The notes: generated from the sequence alone by a model not told the origin. Positions 40,315-50,764 are shown, numbered from the stretch's first letter. The stretch is 64,000 bases of DNA from an uncultured Gemmatimonadales bacterium (GCA_963816355.1 CAWFKH010000003.1:1120001-1184000); one strand, 5' to 3'. Translations and numbers: made by a program.

Positions 40315-41367
40315 TCAGTACGCCGCCAGGTAGCGGCACGCCTTCACGATGTCGTCCACCTGCGGCAGAAAATAGTCCTCGAGCGGCGGTGAGTACGGCA
40401 CCGGCGTGTCGATCGCGGTCACGCGCAGCACGGGCGCGTCGAGCCACTCGAACGCCTTCTCGCTGATCCGCATCGCGAGCTCGCCCGCGATGCCGCCGGT
40501 GCGCGTGTCCTCGTGCACGAGGAGCACGCGGCTCGTCTTGCGCACGGTGTCGATCACCGCGGCGTCGTCGAGCGGCAGGAGCGTGCGCAGATCGAGGATC
40601 TCCACCTCCAACCCATCCTCGGCCGCGAGCCGCTCCGCCGCCTTCTGGCTCTCGTGCACCATGGCGCCGTACGTGACGATCGAGACATCGCGCCCCTCGC
40701 GATGCAGCCTCGCCTCGCCGAGCGCCACCACGTACTCCTCCTTCGGCAGCACCTCGCGCAGCGCCGGCGCCCGGTAGAGCCGCTTGTGCTCGAAGAAGAG
40801 AACCGGGTCGTCGTCGCGGATGGCCGCCTTGAGAAGCCCCTTCGCGTCCCGCGCGGTGCTGGGATAGACGATCTTCAGACCCGGCGTGTGGAAGAACGCC
40901 ATCTCCGGGTTCTGCGAGTGGAACGGCCCGCCGCGCACGCCGCCACCCACGGGCCCGCGCACCACCAGCGGCAGCGCTCCACTGCCGCGCCAACGCGAGG
41001 TCGCGATGTAGTTCGTGAGCGGCTCGTAGGCGCAGGAGACGAAGTCCATGAACTGCATCTCGACGACCGGCCGCAGCCCCATGTGCGCGGCTCCCGCGGC
41101 GGCGCCGGTGAAGCCGGCTTCGCTGATGGGCGTGTCGATCACGCGCTCCTCGCCGAAGCGCTCGAGGAAGCCGTCCGTCACCTTGAACGCGCCGCCGTAG
41201 ACGCCGATGTCCTCACCGAGCAGGAAGACGCGATCGTCGCGCTCGAGCTCCTCCCACAGCGCCTCCCGGATCGCCTCGAGCAACGTGACCGGCTTCCCCT
41301 CGTCGGTCTGCCGCACGTGCTCCGGCTTCGTTCCGGCCTGCTGGACCTTCTCTGTCGCGGTCGCCAT
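40315..41367 (-). CDS. 2-oxoacid dehydrogenase E1 beta subunit
   Basis: GEDIG.YGG, DTPISE, EMQFMDF, FHSQ, FEHKRLY. Confidence 0.93.
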   Translation of the reverse strand: MATATEKVQQAGTKPEHVRQTDEGKPVTLLEAIREALWEELERDDRVFLLGEDIGVYGGAFKVTDGFLERFGEERVIDTPISEAGFTGAAAGAAHMGLRPVVEMQFMDFVSCAYEPLTNYIATSRWRGSGALPLVVRGPVGGGVRGGPFHSQNPEMAFFHTPGLKIVYPSTARDAKGLLKAAIRDDDPVLFFEHKRLYRAPALREVLPKEEYVVALGEARLHREGRDVSIVTYGAMVHESQKAAERLAAEDGLEVEILDLRTLLPLDDAAVIDTVRKTSRVLLVHEDTRTGGIAGELAMRISEKAFEWLDAPVLRVTAIDTPVPYSPPLEDYFLPQVDDIVKACRYLAAY

Positions 41368-41371
41368 TCGT

Positions 41372-42442
41372 TCACGCCTCGCGGGGATCCGGACGCGGCG
41401 CACGCACCCACGGCCGTCGGATCTCGTGATCGCCGTACACGCCACTCAGGCCGGCGTCCGCCTGCGGCAGCGGCGAAGCCTCGGCACGCTCGCGGGAGGC
41501 GTCGACGACGCCGCTCACGTCCGCGTCGATCGCGGCCAGCTCGGCGTCCGTCGCCCAACCCTGGTCGAGGGCCAGCCGGCGGTAGCGGTCCACCGGGTCG
41601 CGCGCCTCCCACGCCTCGATCTCGCCCGCGGGGACGTATCCCTGCGCGTCATGCTCCGCGTGCCCCTTGCGCCGGTAGGTGTCCACCTGCAGAAGCGCCG
41701 GGCCGGCGCCGGCGCGCGCACGCTCCACGGCGCGTCGCGTCATGTCGAGCACGGCGAGCACGTCGTTGCCGTCGCAGCGATCGCCGTGGATGCCGTAGCC
41801 GGGCGCCTTGTCCACGAACGACGCCGCCGCCGTCTGCTTCGCGGTGGGCGTGGAATAGGCGTACTGATTGTTCTCCACCACGACGACGAGCGGCGCGCGC
41901 TGCACGGCGGCGAAATTGAGGCCCTCGTGGAAGGCGCCGGTCGAGGTCATGCCGTCGCCGGCGTAGACGAGCGCGACGCGCGGCTCGCGCCGCTTGCGAA
42001 ACGCGAGCGCCACGCCGGCCATCACCTCGACCATCACGCCGAGGTGGGAGATGAGGCCGATGAAGCCGCGCTCGTAGTCGCAGAAATGGACGTTCTGCTC
42101 GCGGCCGCCGCTCGGCGAGTCCGCCTTCGCCATGTACTGCCGCATCACGTCGACCGGGTCCGCACCCATGACGAGGAGCGATCCGAGGTTGCGGATCCCG
42201 GGCGAGATCACGTCTCCGGTGCCGTCGCCGCGACGCCGCAGCGCGTAGGCGGATCCCACCGCTTCGGCCTCCTGGCCGAGCGAGCGGTAGAGCCCGCCGA
42301 TCACCTTGTTCTGACGATAGAGGTTGGCGAGCGCCTGCTCCACCTGCCGCGTCAACTGCAGGTAGCGGTACAACTCGAGGCGCTGCTCTCGCGTCAGATC
42401 CGTCTCCACGGAGGGCCGCGCGACCGCCGTCCTCTGCGCCAT
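41372..42442 (-). CDS. 2-oxoacid dehydrogenase E1 alpha subunit (TPP); substrate unresolved (pyruvate or branched-chain)
   Basis: GQEA, GDG...ENN TPP motif, YRRKGHAEHD. Confidence 0.92.
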   Translation of the reverse strand: MAQRTAVARPSVETDLTREQRLELYRYLQLTRQVEQALANLYRQNKVIGGLYRSLGQEAEAVGSAYALRRRGDGTGDVISPGIRNLGSLLVMGADPVDVMRQYMAKADSPSGGREQNVHFCDYERGFIGLISHLGVMVEVMAGVALAFRKRREPRVALVYAGDGMTSTGAFHEGLNFAAVQRAPLVVVVENNQYAYSTPTAKQTAAASFVDKAPGYGIHGDRCDGNDVLAVLDMTRRAVERARAGAGPALLQVDTYRRKGHAEHDAQGYVPAGEIEAWEARDPVDRYRRLALDQGWATDAELAAIDADVSGVVDASRERAEASPLPQADAGLSGVYGDHEIRRPWVRAPRPDPREA

Positions 42443-42500
42443 CTCACCTCGCCGCTGCAAACACGGCGGGACACCCCGCCCCGCCGCCAAAAGCCCGGAC

Positions 42501-42529
42501 AAAATGGCCGCACGGCCACGCTCCGTCAA
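42501..42529 (-). promoter_or_regulatory. Possible sigma70 promoter for E1a-E1b-E2-lipB
   Basis: TTGACG-N17-CATTTT. Confidence 0.5.
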
Positions 42530-42544
42530 GCGAGCGGGAGATGC

Positions 42545-42570
42545 AAAACGCCCCGCAAATCGCGGGGCGT
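42545..42570 (-). terminator. Terminator-like hairpin after secG
   Basis: ACGCCCCGC-GATTT-GCGGGGCGT followed by TTT. Confidence 0.65.
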
Positions 42571-42650
42571 CAAGCGGTTCGGGGCCGCGCGCGATACCAC
42601 GCGCGCGACGGAGGCTCCCCGCGGGCTCAACCGGTCGGCTTCGTCGGCGC

Positions 42651-43103
42651 CTACCCGCCGGGCTGCGTCCCGCCCTGGCCGCCCGGCTGCGCGCCGGCGC
42701 CCGCGTTGCCCTGCGGCTGCGCGCCGCCACCCTGCGGCTGCGCCCCCGGGATCACCGGCGCGCCGCCGTTCCCCGGCGCCTGGGGCGTGGCGCCCGGCAG
42801 CACGGGCTGCGGCGCCGTCGCCGGCGCCTGCTGAAACTCGTCGCGCAGGATCGAGTTCGGCTGCTGCGCCCGGGACGACATCAGGGAGAGCACCAGCGCG
42901 ATGAGGAGGAAGATCCCGCCGGTGATCCAGCTCGCGCGGGTCAGCAGCGTCGCCGCCTGGCGACCGCCGATCAGGGAATCCGTTCCCATCGGCGCGCCGC
43001 CGCCCACCGCCGCCAGCCCGCCGCCCTTCCCGGACTGCAGCAGGACGACGACCATGAGCAGCAGGCCATCCAGAATCATCAACGTCAGCAGGAACGCGAA
43101 CAC
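42651..43103 (-). CDS. secG: Preprotein translocase subunit SecG with a long Gln/Pro/Gly tail
   Basis: VLLQSGKGGGLA, LTRASW, two TM helices; follows tpiA. Confidence 0.9.
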   Translation of the reverse strand: MFAFLLTLMILDGLLLMVVVLLQSGKGGGLAAVGGGAPMGTDSLIGGRQAATLLTRASWITGGIFLLIALVLSLMSSRAQQPNSILRDEFQQAPATAPQPVLPGATPQAPGNGGAPVIPGAQPQGGGAQPQGNAGAGAQPGGQGGTQPGG

Positions 43104-43155
43104 CGCTTCGCTCCATGAGATCGAATTCGTGGACCGCGAGCCATGAAAGATCGCC

Positions 43156-43920
43156 TCAGCCGCCGCGCCGTGTCAACCGGGCGAACACCGCAGCGTCCAG
43201 GCTTGCTCCACCGACGAGGACGCCGCCCACGCCCGGCGCCGCCAGCAGGTCCTGCACGTTGTCCGGCTTGACGGAGCCGCCGTAGAGGATCGGCACCGTC
43301 GCGGCGCGCTCGCCGAGGCGGCTCCCGAGCCGGGCGCGCAGCGTGGCGTGCGCGCTCGCGGCGTCCTCGGGCGTGGCGGTTTCGTCGGTTCCGATCGCCC
43401 ACACCGGCTCGTAGGCGATCGCGACCACGCCCTCCGCCTCCGCGACGGCGTCGAGCGCCGTGTCGAGCTGGCGCAGGATCACGGCGTCGACCCGGCCTGC
43501 GCGCCGCTCCTCGAGGGTCTCGCCGACGCAGGCGACGACGCCAAGCCCGGCAGCGAGTGCGGCGGCGACCTTGCGGCGCACTTCGTCGTCGGTCTCGCCG
43601 AAGACGTGGCGGCGCTCGGAGTGTCCGACGAGGGCGAACGTGGCGCCCGCGTCGACGGCCATCGGTGCGCTGATCTCCCCGGTGAACGCGCCCTGCCCCT
43701 CCCAGTACAGGTTCTGCACGCCGAGCCGGACGTCCGTTCGGCCGGCGAGCGCGGCGACGGCCGCGGCCAGCGAGAGCGCGGGCGGAAAGAGGAGGACGGA
43801 GCCGGCGTCGAGCGTCGGGCGGGCGGCGAGGAAGTCCGCGAAGAAGGCGCGCGTCGCCGTCGGCCCCTTGTGCATCTTCCAGTTGCCGGCGATCACCGGC
43901 GTACGCAGCGGGGCGATCAC
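43156..43920 (-). CDS. tpiA: Triosephosphate isomerase
   Basis: AGNWKM, GHSERR, AYEPVWAIGT, YGGSV, VGGASL. Confidence 0.96.
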   Translation of the reverse strand: MIAPLRTPVIAGNWKMHKGPTATRAFFADFLAARPTLDAGSVLLFPPALSLAAAVAALAGRTDVRLGVQNLYWEGQGAFTGEISAPMAVDAGATFALVGHSERRHVFGETDDEVRRKVAAALAAGLGVVACVGETLEERRAGRVDAVILRQLDTALDAVAEAEGVVAIAYEPVWAIGTDETATPEDAASAHATLRARLGSRLGERAATVPILYGGSVKPDNVQDLLAAPGVGGVLVGGASLDAAVFARLTRRGG

Positions 43921-45131
43921 GATGCACCCGCTTCGCTGAGCGCGGCGACGCCGGGAAGCGTGTGCCCCTCGAGGAACTCGAGCGAAGCGCCTCCGCCCGT
44001 CGACACGTGCGTGACGCGATCCGAGACGCCGGCCTCGCGCACCGCCGCGGCGGTGTCCCCACCGCCGACGATCGTCGTCGCGCCCGCGTCGGTCGCGCGC
44101 GCGATGCGCTCGGCGAGCGCGAGCGTCCCGGCCGCGAACGGCGCCACCTCGAACATGCCGAGCGGCCCGTTCCACAGAATCGTCGACGCGCCGTCCACGC
44201 GCTCGCCGAAGAGGCGGACGCTGGCCGGGCCGACGTCGAGGATCATCTGATCGGCGGGCACCGCGTCGCGCGCCACGACCGACGTGGCGGCATCCCCTTC
44301 CGCCTCCTCCGCCACGACGCAGTCGACCGGAAGGAGGAGCGCGTCGCCCGCCCGCTCGAGCAGCCCGCGCGCCATCTCGACGCGGTCCTCCTCGACGAGG
44401 GAGCGGCCGGTCTCCAGCCCCAGCGCCCGGAAGAAGGTGTTCGCCATCGCGCCTCCCACCACCAGCCCGTCCACGCGCGGCAGGAGGTTCTCGATGACGT
44501 CGATTTTCCCGGAGATCTTGGCGCCGCCGAGGATCGCGATGAACGGGCGCGCGGGAGATTCCAGCGTCTCGCCGAGGAAGCGCAGCTCGCGCTCCATCAG
44601 CAGACCCGCCACGGCCACGCCGCCTCGCGACCGCACCACCTCCGCGACTCCGGCCGTCGACGCATGCGCCCGGTGCGCCGCGCCGAACGCGTCGTTCACG
44701 TAGACGTCCGCGAGCGCCGCCAACCGCCCCGCGAGCGCCGGATCGTCCTTCTCCTCACCCGGCTCGAAGCGCACGTTCTCCAGCAGGACGACGTCGCCGT
44801 CCGCGAGCGCGGCGACGGCGCGATCCACCGCCGCGCCGACGACCTCCGGAACGAACGCGACGGGCCGCCCGAGCAGCTCGCCCAGCCGTGCCGCCACCGG
44901 CCGCAGCGAGAGCGATTCCACCGGCTTCCCCTTCGGCCGCCCCAGGTGCGACACGAGCACCACGCGTGCGCCGCGATCGAGGAGGTAGAGCAGTGTCGGC
45001 AGCGTGGCGCGGATGCGCGTGTCGTCCGCGACCCGCCCCCCATCCAGCGGCACGTTGTAGTCCACGCGCACCAGCACCCGATGCGAGCGCAGCTCGTCCG
45101 CGCCCAGATCCTCCACCGTCAGCTTCGGCAT
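43917..45131 (-). CDS. pgk: Phosphoglycerate kinase
   Basis: RVDYNVP, SHLGRP, NDAFGAAHR, STGGGASLE. Confidence 0.97.
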   Translation of the reverse strand: MPKLTVEDLGADELRSHRVLVRVDYNVPLDGGRVADDTRIRATLPTLLYLLDRGARVVLVSHLGRPKGKPVESLSLRPVAARLGELLGRPVAFVPEVVGAAVDRAVAALADGDVVLLENVRFEPGEEKDDPALAGRLAALADVYVNDAFGAAHRAHASTAGVAEVVRSRGGVAVAGLLMERELRFLGETLESPARPFIAILGGAKISGKIDVIENLLPRVDGLVVGGAMANTFFRALGLETGRSLVEEDRVEMARGLLERAGDALLLPVDCVVAEEAEGDAATSVVARDAVPADQMILDVGPASVRLFGERVDGASTILWNGPLGMFEVAPFAAGTLALAERIARATDAGATTIVGGGDTAAAVREAGVSDRVTHVSTGGGASLEFLEGHTLPGVAALSEAGAS

Positions 45132-45144
45132 CGCTCCCCTCCCG

Positions 45145-45183
45145 AACGAAAACGGCCGCGGTGCTCTCGCACACCGCGGCCGT
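45145..45183 (-). terminator. Terminator/attenuator-like hairpin directly upstream of pgk
   Basis: Perfect 12-bp stem ACGGCCGCGGTG/CACCGCGGCCGT, 8-nt loop, then TTTCGTT. Confidence 0.7.
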
Positions 45184-45207
45184 GCTCCAATTCCACGATC
45201 AGCGGCC

Positions 45208-45408
45208 CTAGCGGGCCGTCGGCTCTCCCGCCACCTGGACCGCGAAACGCACCGAATCCGCGCCCCGCGGCGCCACCTCCAGCGGCGTCTCGCAGTAGCT
45301 GCAACGGATCACCGCCGGCTCCCGGCTCACCTCGAGCTCGACGGCATCCCGATGCCCGCACACCGGGCAGCGGTACGTCCCGACGATCGAGTGCGTGGAT
45401 TCGGCCAT
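45208..45408 (-). CDS. Small Zn-ribbon protein (66 aa, CPVC-x18-CSYC)
   Basis: SD GGAGGTG before ATG 45408; two CxxC knuckles; fills the gap-pgk interval. Confidence 0.75.
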   Translation of the reverse strand: MAESTHSIVGTYRCPVCGHRDAVELEVSREPAVIRCSYCETPLEVAPRGADSVRFAVQVAGEPTAR

Positions 45409-45533
45409 CTCACCTCCATCGCTGGGCCACGTGCCCGCTCCGGCGGGCGCCAGAAGCATGCCATCGGCGCCCCGGCGCCGCGGATGCCGCATCGGCCTCC
45501 GCGGACCGTGTCCCGCGTCCGTCGCCTCGATCT

Positions 45534-45563
45534 ACGCTAACACGGCCGGAATCCCGGCGTCAA
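45534..45563 (-). promoter_or_regulatory. Sigma70-type promoter for the Zn-ribbon gene
   Basis: TTGACG-N18-TAGCGT. Confidence 0.6.
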
Positions 45564-45619
45564 TGGCGACGAACCGGCGATGGGCCCCTTATTCCGCTCC
45601 GTAAACCATGCCCCGTTCT

Positions 45620-46624
<1,005 letters not shown>

Positions 46625-46650
46625 CGAAAAAGCTCCTTTTGAATCCGGAA

Positions 46651-47478
46651 TCATAGGGCCAGAATCCGCGGCGCATCGAGGGCGCGCGCGAACGTGAGGA
46701 CGCTGACGCAGCGGGCGCCGCCCTGGGCGAGCACCCGCGCGCATTCGAGGGCCGTAGCGCCGGTCGTGAGAACGTCGTCGACCAGCAGCGGATGCGCTCC
46801 CTCGAGGCGCGCCGCGAGCGCGGGAGCCACGGAGAACGCTCCCGCCACGTTAGCCCGGCGCGCGAGGGGCTGCAAGGTGGTCTGGCTGCCCTTCGTCGGC
46901 GCCCGTTCGAGGCCGGACGCGAGCGTGCGGCGGGTGCGCGCGGCGAAGGCGCGGGCGATCGCCTCGGCCTGATTGTAGCCGCGCTCGCGCAGCCGCCGTC
47001 GCGTGGTCGGAACCGCCAAGACGAATCGCGCCTCGCCGGCGACGTCCTCCGGCAGCGCGACGCGCGCCAGCACCTCGGCGAGCGTGCCGGCAAGGCAATG
47101 CCAGCCGCGGTACTTGAGCTGATGCACGAGTCGGTCCGCGGGCGGGTGAAGCACGGCCGCGGAACGCGCGCACCGGACGTAGGCGGGCCATTCCCTGCAC
47201 TCCGCGCAGCCCGGTTCGGCGACGTCGCCGCCCGCCGGCAGGGGCGCGCCGCAGCGCGCGCAGAGCGGCGGAGGCGGCGGCCGCAGGCGCGAGAGGCAGC
47301 GGCGGCAGACGGGGCTGCGGCCGCCCCGGCCAGGCTGGACGCGGCCGTCGCATCCGAGACAGATCGGCGCGAAGACCAGGTCGAGAACGCCGGCGCCGAG
47401 GTCGCGCAGACCGCGGCGGAGAGGCAGGAGGGTCGCGCCGCGAGGGCGCGGGCGGGGGGGCCGTGGGCGCGCGTTCAT
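46651..47478 (-). CDS. ComF family protein (double Zn-ribbon plus PRTase)
   Basis: Four CxxC motifs, QLKY, RERGYNQA, LVDDVLTTGAT; start uncertain. Confidence 0.9.
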   Translation of the reverse strand: MNARPRPPRPRPRGATLLPLRRGLRDLGAGVLDLVFAPICLGCDGRVQPGRGGRSPVCRRCLSRLRPPPPPLCARCGAPLPAGGDVAEPGCAECREWPAYVRCARSAAVLHPPADRLVHQLKYRGWHCLAGTLAEVLARVALPEDVAGEARFVLAVPTTRRRLRERGYNQAEAIARAFAARTRRTLASGLERAPTKGSQTTLQPLARRANVAGAFSVAPALAARLEGAHPLLVDDVLTTGATALECARVLAQGGARCVSVLTFARALDAPRILAL

Positions 47479-47577
47479 CGGACGCATCTTCGTCGACCCC
47501 GGTGGGCGCCGCCATGGCCGGGCGGGCGGCGCGCGCGCCGTCGGGCGCGCGACGCCGGCCGGCCATAGACTCTGTGG

Positions 47578-47880
47578 CTACTCCTTGCGTCGAATGGCGC
47601 GCACGAGGTCGGCCTTGTCCATCTTGCTCCGCCCCTCGATGTCCAACTGCTTCGCGCGGTTGTAGAGCTCCGCCTTGGTACGGTCGTCGAGCGAGCGGTT
47701 CGGGTTGCCGGTGCCCTGGGTGCGCCTGTTCGGCGTGCGGCCCTCCTCGCGGCGCTCCTTGTTCACGGTGCGAGCCGCGATCTCCTTGGCGCGCGACTTC
47801 GACTTGCCGCGGTCCTCGGCGCTCTCCTTGATATGCTCGTACTTCCGCTCGTCCTTGTTGCTCCATTTGCTCTGCGGCAT
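47578..47880 (-). CDS. Small basic protein with a Rho_N-like C-terminal domain
   Basis: SD GGAGGTGGAG; ERKYEHIKES, EIAARTVNK, TKAELYNRAKQLDIEGRSKMDKADLV. Confidence 0.8.
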   Translation of the reverse strand: MPQSKWSNKDERKYEHIKESAEDRGKSKSRAKEIAARTVNKERREEGRTPNRRTQGTGNPNRSLDDRTKAELYNRAKQLDIEGRSKMDKADLVRAIRRKE

Positions 47881-47933
47881 GACTCCACCTCCGATTCCAT
47901 GAACGATCGAGGGTGAAATGTGCAAGAACCGCG

Positions 47934-48794
47934 CTACTGCGCAGGTCGCCGAAGGGAGGCCGCGAGGGCGAGCGCGCGGCGCATCGCGGCTTCAGGCGCT
48001 CCCCCTCCCGACCAGCGGCGCTGCGCCGCGACCGCCTGGGCGAGCAGCATCGCCGTGCCGTCGGCGGCCGGGATCCCCGCCGCGATCGCGGCGCGCACGA
48101 GCGGCGTTCCCTGCGGCGGCGCGTAGACGAGGTCGAGCACGCCGCCTGCGGAGGCGAGAGAGGCGAGGTCGAACGGCAGCGGATCGTCCGCGCGGAGGCC
48201 GAGCGACGTCGCGTTGACCACCAGATCGAAGCGTTCGCCGCGAAGCGCCGCCGCCCCGTCCGCGATGCCCATACGGCTTCCGTCCGGATCGAGGCGCCGC
48301 CGCAGCGCCCGGGCGCGCTCGGGCGTTCGGTTCAGCACCGTGAGCGTGGCGCCCGCGTCGAGGAGGGCACACGCCGCGGCGCTCGCCGCGCCGCCGGCGC
48401 CCACGAGCAGCGCGCGGGCGCCGGCCGGATCCCCGACGAGCGCACGCGCCGCGGTGTCGAAGCCGGCGACGTCGGTGTTGTCGCCGCGGACCTCGCCACC
48501 CTCCGCCCAGAAGGTGTTGCAGGCGCCCGTGCGGCGGACGACGTCCGATGCCCGATCGAGCGCGCGCGCGGCCGCGGCCTTGTGCGGGACCGTGACGTTG
48601 CCGCCGCCGCCGGCCAGCGCGAGGCCGCGCAGCAGGCCGGCGAGGTCGCCGGCGCCGCAGCGAAGCGCGACGTAGACGGCGTCGATCGCGGCGGCGGTGA
48701 ACGCGGCGTTGTGGATGGCGGGCGAGAGGGAGTGCGAAACGGGGTCGCCGAGCACGGCGAAGACGCGCGTGGCGGCGGTCGGGGCGACGTTCAC
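47934..48794 (-). CDS. aroE: Shikimate dehydrogenase
   Basis: GDPVSHSLSP, NVTVPHK, NTD, GAGGAA, NATSLG, DLVY. Confidence 0.93.
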   Translation of the reverse strand: MNVAPTAATRVFAVLGDPVSHSLSPAIHNAAFTAAAIDAVYVALRCGAGDLAGLLRGLALAGGGGNVTVPHKAAAARALDRASDVVRRTGACNTFWAEGGEVRGDNTDVAGFDTAARALVGDPAGARALLVGAGGAASAAACALLDAGATLTVLNRTPERARALRRRLDPDGSRMGIADGAAALRGERFDLVVNATSLGLRADDPLPFDLASLASAGGVLDLVYAPPQGTPLVRAAIAAGIPAADGTAMLLAQAVAAQRRWSGGGAPEAAMRRALALAASLRRPAQ

Positions 48795-49288
48795 GGTGCG
48801 AGGATCGGTTCGAGCCGACGCAGCACGCCGTCGATCAGCCGCTGCAGGCGAATCAGCGTGGCCCGGTAGGCGGCCTCGTCGCCGCCGAACGGATCCGGCA
48901 CCGCGTCGCCGTCCGCGTGATCGTCGGCGAACTCGGTGATCAGCGCCACCCTGCCCGCGCCACCGAGCTCGGCGACGCTCCACAGGTGCCCGGGACTCAT
49001 CGCGAGAACGAGGTCCGCCCATTCGACCAGCTCGGGCGTGAGGGCGGCGCTTCGGTGCGCGGAGAGGTCGAGCCCCGCTTCCCTTCCCACCGCCACGGCG
49101 GCGGCGGGCGCCGGCTGGCCACCGGCGCCCGCCGCCGTCCCGGCCGAGCGCACCGCCACGTGGCTCCAGCCGCGCTCCCGCAGCGCCTCCACCGCCAGCG
49201 CCGCCGCGATCGGGCTGCGGCACGTGTTGCCGGTGCAGACGAAGAGCAGGTTGAAGGTCGTCGGTACGCTGTCGTCCTCAGCCGCCAT
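48791..49288 (-). CDS. Low-molecular-weight phosphatase, YwlE-like (possibly a protein-arginine phosphatase)
   Basis: P-loop VCTGNTCRS, SAGT, DPFGG. Confidence 0.88.
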   Translation of the reverse strand: MAAEDDSVPTTFNLLFVCTGNTCRSPIAAALAVEALRERGWSHVAVRSAGTAAGAGGQPAPAAAVAVGREAGLDLSAHRSAALTPELVEWADLVLAMSPGHLWSVAELGGAGRVALITEFADDHADGDAVPDPFGGDEAAYRATLIRLQRLIDGVLRRLEPILAP

Positions 49289-50063
49289 CGGGGCCATCCA
49301 CGTCGGGAACGACGCTGCGGAGCGCCGCGAGAGGGAGCGCCCCCTCGCGCAGCACGAATGTACGGGTCGGGAGGCATTCGACCAGGGTCGACGGCGGCGA
49401 GACCGGCAGCCTGCCGCCATCCAGGACGAGAAAGCCTCCCCCGCCGGGCGGCTCGCCGGCGGCGTCGCGGTCCAGGTCCACGGGGTTCGGGTCCAGCTTC
49501 CCGGCGTCCGCCGGACCGACCACCCCGGACGCCGCTTCCGAGCGCTCGAGGGCGATCGCAGCGGCGAGCGCCGCGGCGGCGTTCCGCGCCGGGGGGGCAC
49601 CGGGCGCGTTCGCGCTCGTGGAGGTGAGCGGCTCGTCGAGCGCCGCGAGGAGTTCGCGCGCGCCGGCGTGAGCGCACGCCCGCACGGCGACCGTGCCGCC
49701 GGGACCCGCCACCGCCGTGGGCACCGGGCGCCCGGCGACCGTGCCGCGCGAAGCGAGCAGCGCGAGCGTGAGCGGACCCGGCCAGAATGCGTCAGCGAGC
49801 GCGGACGCCGCGCCGGTCCACTCGAGGTCCGCCACCCGGGCGATGTCGTGCACGAGGAGCAGGAACGGCTTCGCGGCGCCGCGTCTCTTGAGGCGCTGCA
49901 GCCGCGCGAGCGCCGCCGGCCGCAGCGCGCATCCGAAGCCGTACACGGTCTCCGTCGGATAGGCGATGAGGCCGCCCTCCTTCAGGTGCGCGACCACCCG
50001 TGGCAGCGCCGCCCGGCGCGCGGCGGCGGTCGTGAAGTCGACCCGCTCCGGAGCGAGGCTCAC
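49278..50063 (-). CDS. tsaC: L-threonylcarbamoyladenylate synthase (TsaC/Sua5 domain)
   Basis: YPTETVYG, KRR...KP, WPGPLT, STSAN, PSTLV. Confidence 0.9.
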   Translation of the reverse strand: MSLAPERVDFTTAAARRAALPRVVAHLKEGGLIAYPTETVYGFGCALRPAALARLQRLKRRGAAKPFLLLVHDIARVADLEWTGAASALADAFWPGPLTLALLASRGTVAGRPVPTAVAGPGGTVAVRACAHAGARELLAALDEPLTSTSANAPGAPPARNAAAALAAAIALERSEAASGVVGPADAGKLDPNPVDLDRDAAGEPPGGGGFLVLDGGRLPVSPPSTLVECLPTRTFVLREGALPLAALRSVVPDVDGPDGG

Positions 50064-50764
50064 GCGCCCACCTCGCGCGCCCGCCGGGCGAGAATCACCT
50101 CGGCCAGCTCGAGGTCGGCGGGCCGCGTGATCTTCAGGTTCTCAACGGACCCGTCGACCACCTCGACGACGCCGCCGATGCGCTCGACGAGCGCGGCGTC
50201 GTCCGTCGCAGCCACGTCGCGCGGCGCCGCACGATACGCCTCGCGGATCATCGCGGCGGGAAACGCCTGCGGCGTCTGCGCGCGCCACAGGCCGCCGCGG
50301 TCCGGCGTCGCCACGACGCGGCGGTCGGGGTCGACCTGCTTCACCGTGTCTGCCATCGGAATCGCGGCCACGGCTCCGACCCCGCGCGCCGCGGCCTGCA
50401 GGACGCGGTCGAGGATCGGCCGTGTGACGAGCGGCCGCGCGCCGTCGTGAACGAGCACGATCTCCGCCTCCTCCGGCACCGCGGCGAGCGCCCGTTCCAC
50501 GGAGTCCCGGCGCTCGGCGCCGCCCGCCACCGTGCGCAGCTCCGGCCCCAGCTCCGTCAGCCACCGCGGCGGCGCGGCGGCCGCGGCCGCGGGCAGCGCG
50601 ACCACGATCGAGCGGATCCAGGGATGGGCGCGCAGCACGCGCAGCGTGTGCAGCAGAATCGGCTCGCCGCGCAGCGGCACGAACGACTTGGGCGAGCCGG
50701 CGCCGAGCCGCACCCCGGAGCCGGCCGCCGGCACGATCGCCGCCGCGAACGCCTCAGCCCCCAC
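50060..50764 (-). CDS. ispD: 2-C-methyl-D-erythritol 4-phosphate cytidylyltransferase
   Basis: PAAGSGVRL, VHDGARP, AQTPQAF, TDDA, NLKIT. Confidence 0.95.
   Translation of the reverse strand: MGAEAFAAAIVPAAGSGVRLGAGSPKSFVPLRGEPILLHTLRVLRAHPWIRSIVVALPAAAAAAPPRWLTELGPELRTVAGGAERRDSVERALAAVPEEAEIVLVHDGARPLVTRPILDRVLQAAARGVGAVAAIPMADTVKQVDPDRRVVATPDRGGLWRAQTPQAFPAAMIREAYRAAPRDVAATDDAALVERIGGVVEVVDGSVENLKITRPADLELAEVILARRAREVGA

Noticed and set aside
42443..42650. tRNA-Leu often found after secG
   Set aside because: No cloverleaf or T-loop GTTCGA found; only a terminator and a promoter candidate.
45208..45408. LysW/ArgW carrier assignment for the Zn-ribbon protein
   Set aside because: No acidic EDWGE C-terminus and no lysX/argX genes nearby.
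46626..46655. AAAAG-GAG-CTTTT hairpin over the gap SD (thermometer-like) and a TATGAT box on the comF stop
   Set aside because: A 5-bp AU-rich stem is too weak to claim, and there is no convincing -35.
47921..47936. Sigma54-like TAGCGCGGTTCTTGCA upstream of the Rho_N-like gene
   Set aside because: The invariant -24 GG is AG and coincides with the aroE stop codon, so the evidence is too weak to call.
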